Virus record (IMG/VR): IMGVR_UViG_3300037483_001074 | Location: 1 to 29,445 of that record | Reading direction: 5' to 3' (one strand) | Origin: a virus | Lineage: Duplodnaviria; Caudoviricetes | DNA length: 29,445 nt | Part shown: positions 8,090 to 18,100 of the stretch, piece by piece | Position numbering within the stretch: position 1 is the stretch's first letter | Layout: every line of letters begins with the position of its first letter | Notes under the pieces: generated by a model | Database searches by the model: none | Told to the model about the DNA's origin: nothing | What the model saw: only the letters and a program-made list of their open reading frames with translations | Position numbers and translations under genes: made by a program

Positions 8090-8451
8090 CAGGCCGAGAT
8101 CCTGTTCACGAATCCGACGATGTTGAGCGCGCTCGCTACGCTCGAGAACGCCTTCATCACCTTCGCGTTGTTGAGCACCTGGCCGGTGGCGATCGGGATC
8201 AGAGGCGAATTCGGAGGGATGTTGTAAGCCTTGACCATGTGCCCGCCGGGGTCAGACGTGCTCCCCCACTCGACCGTGAGCGTTGCGGGAGCAGCCGTCA
8301 CGTTGGACACCCAGGCGTAGATCTCGTCGAAGTCCGTGGAGCCAGCGGCGGCCGTGTGGATCGTGTTGGCCGAGCCGGTGGCGGTGCCGGTGATCGGGAT
8401 GGGAAGGCCGTCCGTAGAGCCGCTCAGAAGCCGCCTGCTGTAGGTTGCCAT
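8089..8451 (-). CDS. Hypothetical virion protein
   Basis: 120 aa (LLSGSTDGLPIPI..TIHTA..DEIYAW..LNIVGFVNRI), beta-rich. TGATG overlap with the next gene. Confidence 0.75.
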   Translation of the reverse strand: MATYSRRLLSGSTDGLPIPITGTATGSANTIHTAAAGSTDFDEIYAWVSNVTAAPATLTVEWGSTSDPGGHMVKAYNIPPNSPLIPIATGQVLNNAKVMKAFSSVASALNIVGFVNRISA

Positions 8452-8454
8452 CCA

Positions 8455-9105
8455 TCACCCTCCGAAGATCTGCCCGGCGAGGACGAACTGCGCGTCCGGT
8501 GCCGCGAAGCTGCTCCCCACCAGGTCCGCGTAGTGGTGCGTGTGCGGCGTCGGGCGGCGCGGCTGGATGAGCCCGGCGCCGGCGGAGAGGTTCGCCTTCA
8601 CCGTCACCTTGTCTGGGCCCGCCTCGTCGGTGACCAGGAAGTCGATATCTCCCGAGTCCTCGAAGTTGAGCGCGTTGCGCGTGCCCACGTCCGCGTCCTC
8701 GAGCTGCACGCGCACATCCCGCTTGTGGACGTGGTCGCTGAAGGGGAGCTGCGGCCCAGACCCGATGGCGTTCGCGTTCCCGAGCCCGGTCGGGGCCGCG
8801 ATGTCTGCCTGGTGCTTGTGGTCCCCCGGCGACCACCCGACGGTCGGATCGCCAGGATCACCGGCGGCTCCGTCCACGAGCTCCGGGGTTCCGGCGTAGA
8901 AGGCGTTAGACGTCACGGCCAGGTCGTTCGCGCTCTGCAGGTAGTGGAGGAAGCGCTGGAGCTCCTGCATCGCCGCGTCGAACTCGCCCGGGAGGCGCTG
9001 CAGCCCGATCTCCGGCTTCTCGCCTTGCTTCGGGAAGGACAGGCGCCCGACGAGCTGCGGGACGTGGATCCCGTAGCGGCGCGTCGATCGAAGCCGGTCG
9101 GTCAC
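8455..9105 (-). CDS. Hypothetical protein, possibly tail-fibre-associated
   Basis: GTGA overlap with the giant gene stop. Contains DHKH/DHVH/HTH motifs of the kind seen in trimeric fibre segments. Confidence 0.7.
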   Translation of the reverse strand: MTDRLRSTRRYGIHVPQLVGRLSFPKQGEKPEIGLQRLPGEFDAAMQELQRFLHYLQSANDLAVTSNAFYAGTPELVDGAAGDPGDPTVGWSPGDHKHQADIAAPTGLGNANAIGSGPQLPFSDHVHKRDVRVQLEDADVGTRNALNFEDSGDIDFLVTDEAGPDKVTVKANLSAGAGLIQPRRPTPHTHHYADLVGSSFAAPDAQFVLAGQIFGG

Positions 9106-12100
9106 TTCGTCTTCACCTCGGCCTTCCCCTGCTGCAGCCTGCGCGTGACGCTCAATAGCATCTCACGCCTTGCAGCATCGTGAGCGAACCGATAGATCCG
9201 CTCCAGAAGCTCGCGCTTGGCGAAGGCGTCGAGGGCGCTCCAATCGTTGTTCGTCGTGAGCGTCCTGGCGAACGCCGTCGCGCGCTGTGAGTAGCCGGCG
9301 TAGATCCGGCGCTCGGCCGGCGTGAGGTCGACCTTCCGGCCGAAGGTCCCAGGGAGCGTGATCGTGCGCGGCGGCTGGCTCGGGCTGTAGCCGGCCTCCA
9401 GGAAGATGCGCTCGAGGTTCTTCTCGGGCCCGGCCTCCTCGGCGTAGCGGACCGGCGAGAGGAAGCGCGACGGCGCGTTCTCGCCGCGGATCACAGGTTC
9501 GCCGGTCCCGGTGAGCCGCGGCGGGAGCGTCGTCGACAGCATGGGGACGCGGGCCATGAGCGTCTGCGAGATCGAGTCCGTCTCCCTGATCGTGGGATCG
9601 ATCGCGCGCGCGCCAGCCGCCAGTAGGTTCGGCACCGCGGCCCCGAGCATCCGCTTCCAGAAGCGGCCGGCATAGCGGTCCGGGTCGCCGATCGCCTCGG
9701 CGGCGTTGATCAGGCCCTCGAGATAGGTCTTGTTGAGCGTCTGGTTCAGGACCGAGTAGTGGAGCTTGTCGAAGGCATCACCAGCGACCTTCTGGTCGTC
9801 GACGGCCGCGAGGTCGGCGGCGAGCCCAAACGTGGTGGCGAGCGGCTCGATCCTGGCGTATGAATACCAGGTCTTCCCGACGCGCACGGCGTAGGGGAGC
9901 TTTCCGGTCTTCAGCCAGTTCTCGCGGTCGCGCGGGTCCTCGGGGGCCCCGCCTGTGATGAACCCGTTCTTCGCCCACACGTAGACGGCCGCCGTGAGCA
10001 TCGTCCCGAGCATGCCTTGGGCCAGTCGGTCGCTCGCCTCACCGCCCTCGATCGAGCCCTTCGAGATGTTGTAGACGGTCTTCGCGAGGCCGAGAGGGGT
10101 GCGGCGGAAGCCCTGCACCAGCAGGCGCTCCGTCGTGTGGACGAACGGGATCGCGAACGACAGCGCAGGGTAGGCGTTTCGCAGCGCCTTGATCAGGCTC
10201 GAGAACTTCGTCGTCGCGTCACGGAACGTCGAGACATCCCCGGCGTGCCGCATGTCCTCGTAGATCGCGGCCAGGTCCCGGTGACGGTAGAGGAACTTGT
10301 AGCCGTCCGCGCCGTACTCGCTCTGGAAACTCGTGGGGTCGGCTAGGCGCTGCTCCTCGAGCAGGATCCACTGGCCCATGATCTCGTGGAGCTCACGCAA
10401 CCGCTCCTCGAAGTCGGGGCTGCTGATCTTCCAGCCGTTCTTATGGGCGTCCTGGTAGGCGCGGAACCAGAGCTGAGCCGCCTGCTCGGCCGACATCGCG
10501 GACTGGCGGGCCGCCAGATCGAGCCCCTCCATCACGCGGCCTGGCGTGCGCACGACCTTTCCGAGCACGCCCGGGATCGCCGGCGGGTAGAACTCGCCCT
10601 TCAGGCTGCGCATGAACTTGATGTCCTCGCGGCGGAGCGCCAGGAGCGTGTTGTTGAGCGCCGCCGGCATGCCGAAACCGAGGCGGACCTGGGCGCGGAG
10701 GGCCTCCATCGCCTGGCCGACGACCCGCTCGGTCGGCTTCGCCTCGCCGCGGAGGAGCTGCTCGAGGCCCTGGCGGATCCCGAACTGCTCGAGCCGGGCC
10801 GCGATCGCGCGCTCCGGGGTCCGCAGTGCCGCCTCGTGTACCAGGTTCCCGGCCACGTTCGCGATCGACGTAGAGGGCGCGGACAGCAGCGAGTTGATGT
10901 AATACTCGATGATCATCCGCAGGATCCCGGGCTTGTGGATCTTGCGGATCAGGCGGCCGGCGCGCTCCATGTCGTTCGCGCGCAAGGCCTCCACGAGCTC
11001 GGCCATCGCCTTCTCGTCGCCGCGGCGTCCGCGGAACAAGCGCTGCAGGAAGCGCTCCTCGGGGGTGAGCATCTGGGCCAGCATGTTGTGGGCCCGAAGC
11101 GCGCGGCCGGCCTCGGCGGCGGCGGCGGCCGTGCCGTACATCATGCCGATGAACTTGTGGAGCGCCAGGAGCTTCTCGCGCTCGGCGTTGAGCACCTCCT
11201 GCCGGCGGCGCTCCTGCTCCTCCGGGTCGAGCCCCTTCTCCTTGGCGTGCTCCTGCGCCTCGCGCCACGCCTCCCACCGGTTCCCGAAGTCGACCCCGGC
11301 GTGCTGCCGGAGCACGCGGCCGAAGATGATCTCGGGGGCCGTGAGCGCCCCCTTCTCGCGCACCATGCGGTGCCAGTCGGCCTCGGAGTACCCGAGCTCG
11401 AGCGCCATCGTGTGGAGCTCCGGCATCGTGTACTTCTGGCGCGCGACGCCAAGGCGGTCGCTGAGGGCCCTGGCCCCGCGTGCCACGACGTTCTTGATCT
11501 GGCCTTCGTCCGAGATCTGGTGGATGTTGATCGGGAAGTCGCGGCTCTTGCCGACCCCGATGGGCTTCCCGCCCGCCACGTCGATGGGGGCACCGGCCTC
11601 GCCACGCACGATCGCGTCCGCCACGGCCAGCATGTCCTGCGGCGTCACCTTGGGGATCGGGCGGATCGGCCCCTTGTAGGCGCGCACCTCGGGCACGGTC
11701 GTCTCGAGCGCCTGAGCGAACGGCTGCACCTGGCCGGTCCGCTGGAACTCGATCGGGGCGCCAAGCCCCCCGATGTAGTCCCAGAGCTCGCGACCGTAGC
11801 GGCCGGCCCACGGGACCTTCGCGACCAGGCCTTTCAACCAGGCCGAGAAACTGCGCGCACCCCTGCGGATCGCGTCGACGCCCAGGACGAAAGCGTCCCA
11901 GAACGCCCGCGGATCCACCCCAGCTGAAGCCTCAGCCATCCGCGACTGCGTCCTGAGCTCGGCGAAGCGCACGCGCCGCGCCCACCAGTCGGGGTCCGGC
12001 TTCCCCCATTCTGGGAGCGCCGATACCGGCGGCTCGGCCAGGTGCTGCCCCGCTTCGAAGTTAGGCACCCCGAGGAGCTCCTGCCAGGGCAGGTCCGGCC

Positions 12101-15100
12101 TGCCGTGATACGAAGACGCCGAGAGCAGGGTGTCGACCAGGCTCTTGCTCGTCCCGAGGTCGAATACGTCCTGCAGGACGCCGTCACCCATGTGCACGTT
12201 GGCGGCCGTGGACGACCGGTTGTCCTGTAGGATCCCCGGCCCGGCGGCGAAGACGGAGTCCGCGCCCGACACCTTGCCGACGAGGACGACGAAGCGCCTG
12301 AAGGAGCCTGGCGAGTTGAAGAGCGGACGCGGGACAAGCGTCATGAGCGCCAGCCTGTTCTGGCGGTCGACGAACATCACGGAGACGTCCGTCGAATCTT
12401 TCCGCCAGAGCCCGCTGCCCAGGATCGACTCGGCGAACGAGCGCACGTCCTTCTGGCTGCGCAGCCGATACGGCGACTGCTCGTTGTAGTACGCCGCCGA
12501 GTCGATGCCCTCCTGGAGGAACGGGTCCGGGTCCACAAAACCGCCGGCCGCGCGCCGGATCATGTAGTGGGTCCCGTTCGGGCGCACAACCGTCGCCTGT
12601 TCGTGGTCGACGATGGCGGCGCCCATGTAGCGCTTCCCGAGCGCCTGGGCGAGCTTTCCGGAATGCGTCAGGTCAGGATCGCTTGGGAGCGCGTTCCCGG
12701 ACGGGTGGTTGTGGAGGCTGATGATCCCAGCGATTTCTACGCCCTGTTGCGCGAACGCCGCGATCCTGCCCTCGATGTTCCGCACGAGTGGCGTGGTTGG
12801 GCCCCACGAGACGAACGAAGGCGACTGCGACGACGTCTGCATCGAGCCCCTGATGACGCCAGCACGGTCCACGAAGAAAATGGCGGCGTGCTCGAGCGAG
12901 GGGTTGCGCGCGGTCTGGAAGATGGCCGCGGCGTTCTCGAGGGAGCCCACGTATTGGCCGTCGAAGTCAATCTTCCCGAGCTTCTGGAAGCCCTCGCGGA
13001 GCGCCGTCGCCGCCACCCTGATGCCCGCACCGAGCTCGCGGCCGGTCGCCAGGCTGACGCCTGTCCCGAGGCGTGCTGGCTTGCGCCAGTCGAGGTGCGG
13101 CCTCTCGTAGCTTATGACCTCGGCCACCGGGCTCCCGACGATGCCTGCGACAGCCCGGACCTCCGAGTCCGGATCGCTCGAGCGTTCCTGGCCTTGGGCG
13201 AAGTCGTCGAGAGCGGCGTTCACCGAGAGTGGATCCGGCGCCGGGGCCTTCAGGGCCTCTTCCCCGACGCTCAGCCAGTAGAAGGCGCCGTGGTCCTCCT
13301 TCGGCATCGCAAAGCCCCGGTCCGTCCCGCGCGGCGGCACAAGCTCTCCCGTCAGGAACTCGCCGGTGCGAGTCCCGATCTGCCAGGCCCCGGGCTGCGC
13401 CTCGCCCCAGATGGCGCCGGCCTCCTCGAGGCGACGCTTCATGAACTCGTATTGCCTGAAGCTGACGATGGGCTTCACGTCGCGCTGCGCCCCGCTCGTG
13501 GGCCCAATCTCGCGCATGAGCCTGAGCGCCGCGTCGGTCGCGATCGCCGGCGGCGGCGGCTCGGCGGCGCGCGCCGCCTCACGGAACTCGGCCGCAGACT
13601 CGTCGTGGTTCCAGGTCAGGTTGCCGTAGGCGCGGCCGCGGAGGCGCTCGCCGAGTTCTGGCACGAAGCCCTTCGCGATGTTCCCGCTGATCTCGAAGCC
13701 CTCGTGCGTCTGGACCGAGAACTCACCGCCCTCCCGCATCTTGATGTCGACGCCCATCCGCTTCAGGCTGTGGATGATCGCGCCCCACTGCCGCGGGCTC
13801 TTGACTGCCATCGCGCGGCCAGCGGGGGTGAACTGCGCCAGCACCCGCGCAGCGTCGACGTAGTGGACGGCCCCGGCGTTGAGCGTCTCCTCGTCGCCGC
13901 CCATGCCGGCCAGGTCGAGCGCCGCGATGTCGCCGCTCACGAGCGCGTGCAACATCTTCAGCTTCCCGGCCAGGATGCCGCCGTTCCAGGCGTCGAGCCC
14001 GTGGTCGCTGAAGAGGATGTGGATCCTCGACTTGCTGCGCGTCGTGAACCGGTGGATCCGCCCGAGAGCCTGGACGAGGGACACGGAGTCGAAGGGCGAC
14101 GTCATCAGGATCATCGAGCGCGGCGCCGCGCCAGAGCGGTCGTCGAGGTTGATCCCGGTGCCGCCCTTCTCGTAGCTCGCGATCACGACCTTCGCCTCGC
14201 CACGCTGGAAGCGCGCCTGCGCGTCCTCGCTGCGCTCGTCGGCGGCGCCGTGGATCTCGGCGGTCGGGATCCCCTCGGCCTTCAGCCACTCGGCAAGCTG
14301 CTTCAGCGTCCCTTCGGACTCTGCGATCACGCGCTCGCCGATGATGTCGCCGCGTTCGTCTCGGATCTTCTCGCGCACCTCGGACTGGTTGACCCGCGTG
14401 GCGAATACGACCACCTGGCGGCCAGCCGCGAGCTCTTCCATCACGAGCTTCTGCGTCGCCTGGAGCTTGTACGGCTCCTGCTGGCGGCGCATGTGCATGA
14501 GCGCGTTCTTCCGGTCGAAGTTGCCCTGCTCGATCCGGTCCATGACCCGGTGCGCCTCTTCCGGCAGCATCACCTTGTGGGTGACCACCTGGATCGGAGA
14601 GAGGTCCACCTCGCGCTTGATGACGGTCCCGGTGCGCGTCAGGCGGCGGAAGAGCGCGTCGAGCGCCCGGCGCATCTTCCGCGGTGACGTCGTCTTCCAG
14701 ACGTCGATGGTCTCGGTCGCGGCCTCGCGCGCGGCAACGCGGTCCATGCCGGCGGCCAGGTTGCGCTTCAGGAGCACCTTCGACACGCGCTTCTGCTTCC
14801 GGATCGAGACGCCCAGGTCCTTCATCGCCGTCTCTGGGTCCTTGCCCTCGAAGAAGCCGATGGAGGCGAGGTAGCTCATGTGGTACGGCTTGTCCCCGGG
14901 CGTCGCCGTCGCGAAGCCCGCGACCCTCACCCGACGGATAAGGTCGGCACCCGCGGCCGCGACCTCGGAGTCGCCGGCGCTCTTGAGCTGGTGCGCCTCG
15001 TCCAGAAGCAGCACGGTGTCGCCGTCGACGGCGTAGTCGCGGAGCGCGTGGTAGGTGCCCAGGTTCACGACCCCGGACTTGAGCGGCTTGCCGCGCTCGG

Positions 15101-18100
15101 TGACGTACTCGATCGGGATCCCCATCGCCGCGGAGTCGTCGCGGTAGGAGCCGCTCGGCACCAGGCGCCCAGCGATCTTCTTCGGCTCGATCGACCCGGC
15201 CTTCGAGACGATCAGGACCTTGTTGCCCTTCTTCAGGAACGTGTGCGCGAGCGCCAGGAGCTCGCGGGTCTTCCCGACGCCGGTGCCGTCCTCGAACAGG
15301 AAGCCTGAGCCGGCGTCGAACGCCTCGATCGCCTTCGCGACTCCGACCGCCTGGTCCTCGGACAGGTGTTGCGCGAGCTCGGGCGGGATCAGGCCGAGCT
15401 TGGCAGGGCGCTCAAGGCTCTCCGCCTCCCGGGGGTTGACGATATGGAAGATCCCTGCTCGAGCAGCCGGACGCGCTCCCGCTCCAGGGACTCCAGCCGC
15501 TCCTTGTACTCCAGCAGGAACGCCAGGTCCTCGTCCCCCTCCGCGGCGGCCTCCAGGAGCTCCTTCTCCGACAGCAGCGCCCGCTCCTCGGGCAGCAGGT
15601 CCTCGAGCCGCGGCGGCGGCTTCACCTTGAGCTGGTCCTCGTTCGGCGGCAACGCCCGGTGCGGGTAGTCCACTGACTTCTCCCTTCAAGAGATCCGCCC
15701 AACGCTGACGGGCGGCGAGCTGTTCTGCGGTGGCCTTGCGCGGCGGCGGACCGTATCGCCCCACCAGGTTGTCCTGCGGCAGCGACACGAGAGACGGCAG
15801 CTTCGGCGCCTCCAGCAGCGACCTCTGGCTCGCGCGCTGCCGCTTCAGCCGCTCCGCCTCCTCGCGCGCGGCGCGCGCCTCGTCCTGGGTGAAGAGCGCG
15901 GCATCGGCGAAGTCTGGGGCTGGCTCGCCCTTGCGCGCGATCGGCTTCTGGGCCGTCCCGATCACTGCCTCCATGAACCCAGGGATGAGATCCTGGCCTT
16001 CCCTCGTCCGCGGCGCCTCCAGGAACCCCTCGACCTCGGCGCCCTCCGGGATCTCGAACGGGACGTCGTTCTGCATGACGCTCATGGCGTCGGTGTAGGC
16101 CGTCCGGATCCTCGAGAAGAGCCTCCCCTTGCCGAAGCGCATCGCCTCGATCACGGCATCGGCCGTCGCCTGCTTCCCCGTGGCCGGGTCGTTGATGCCC
16201 CACATGAACGTCTTGAGCAGCGGGTGGTCCGCCGACTCCAGGCCGGCCTCGAGGTCCTCCTCGAGGTTGTCGGCGATCGTCAGAAGCGCGGGATGCTCGA
16301 ACGCCTGGTCGGCGTACTCGTGCAGGAGCTCCTGGAACGCGCGATCCTCGGCCTGCGCCTTGCGCCGGTACTCGAGCATCCGCTTGAAGAGCGGGTCCTC
16401 GGGTCCCTTCGCGAGCGCCTTCGCGATCTTGGCGCGGCCCACGCCCGGCAGATCCACGACCTGGCGGATCGCGTCCTCGCCCATGCTGTCGACGTCGGCG
16501 GCCAGGCGCTGCAGCGAGTCGTAGACGTCCTCGTCGGTCTGCGCATGGGCGGCGCTGTACTCCTGGACCTTCGCCACGGCCTCGCCGAGAGGCAGCGCCG
16601 CGACGTGGTCGATCCAGCCTTTGACGCCGCTGTAGGCGTAGGTCGTGAGCGGCAGCTCCTCGCGCGCGGCGCCCGTGGGAAGCCCCTTGCCCTCGACGAG
16701 CTGGCGCAGCCGCTTCACGACGGCTGGATCCTTGGTCGTGCCGCGGATCGTCTCCCACCCGGCGCCGTAGATCGCCTGGGCGTTCGCGAGCGCGTCCTTG
16801 GCTGCACGGCGCTTCACCGCGCGGTTCTTGATCTTCTGGCCGGTGACCGGATCCACCTGGCGGCCGAAGTGGTCGTAGTCTGCCTGGCGCTGCTCTACGA
16901 GGAAGCGCCGCCACATCTGCTCCTCGACGTGCCGCCGCGCGGCGACGCGCGTCTTCTTATCCTGGATGCGATCGAGCGCCGTCTCCATCGCCTTCCGCCG
17001 GACCTCGCCGAGCTCGGAGATCTGCGGGCGCACGGGGCCCTTCGTCATCGTGGGCGGCGTGGGCGCTGCGGCGGGCCCGGCGGCGCGGGCGGCGGCTGGC
17101 GGCGGCGCCACAGCGCCAAATTCCCCGAACGCCGCGCGCATCCCAGGCGTCGGCTCGACACGCTTGATCGGCCGCGCACCGGCCGCGGGCCGTTTGGCCA
17201 ACTCGCCGACCGGCTTCGTGGTGTCGCCTTCCTTCAGCCAGGCCTTGAAGGCGTCGACCGGCATGGGGGTCACGGCCCCGATCCGCTCTTCCGCGCGGCC
17301 GTCCGAGAAGCCGCGGCGGTAGGCCTCGAGCGCCGACGCTTGATCCGGGAAGCCGAGCATCGCCTTGTGCTCGTCGAAGCGGCCCGTGTCGGCGTCCACC
17401 TGGTCGACGACGAAGACGTTCTGCGCGGCCGCGTCGTCACCGACGTAGACGTCGACCTGTTCGCCGTCTGCCCCCTCGGTGCGCTTCACGTACCCGTAGT
17501 CGGCCGGGAAGTCCCTGACCTCCCACGAGCCGTCCTTCGCCCTGCGGACGCCCCCCTTGGCCGTCTCGACCGAGATGTCGAGCCCCTGGAAGTCGCGGTG
17601 GCCCTTCCGGTAGTTGCCGGCCTCGATCTGCGCGGGCGTCGGGGCAGGCTCCGGCTCGGAGCTCAACTTGTCCACGTCGACGTACTGCTCGAAGCCCTCG
17701 TCGAAGAGCACGCGGGCCCGCGGCCGGCCCTCGACCTCGACGAGCTCCAGGGCGGTGCCGCGCCGGGCGCCGCTCGCAACGCGCTGGCCAACCGCTACGG
17801 CTTGACGTGCGGCGGGCCTGGTGGCAGGAGCCGGTTCCAGTCCTGCCGGAGCTTGCGCCTCCGCCGGAGCTTCCGCCGGCCGACCCTCGACGACCACCTC
17901 GACGTCGGGGTTCAGGCGCTGGAGCTCAGAGCGGATCTCCTCCGGGTTCGCTTCGCGAGTGAACGGCGTCGGGAGCTCGGTTGTGCCGAACGCCTCCATG
18001 ACCTCGTCGGCTACGGGGCCCTCGTGGGCAGCGATCCAGTTGCCCCCGCGGAGCCCGAGCGTGATCCTGCCGCGAGGCGCCAAGGACGGTTGTACCGCTA

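Noticed and set aside
15389-15392. CTGA overlap at the nested gene's stop as evidence for re-initiation of the helicase
   Set aside because: Any +1-frame TGA necessarily overlaps an NTG main-frame codon, and there is no SD, so it is not independent evidence.
17795-17885. Possible second overprinted peptide in the giant gene (+1 frame RKLRQDWNRLLPPGPPHVKP*), where the main frame has several A/T-ending codons
   Set aside because: No start codon between the preceding in-frame TGA and this segment, and it is too short to support.
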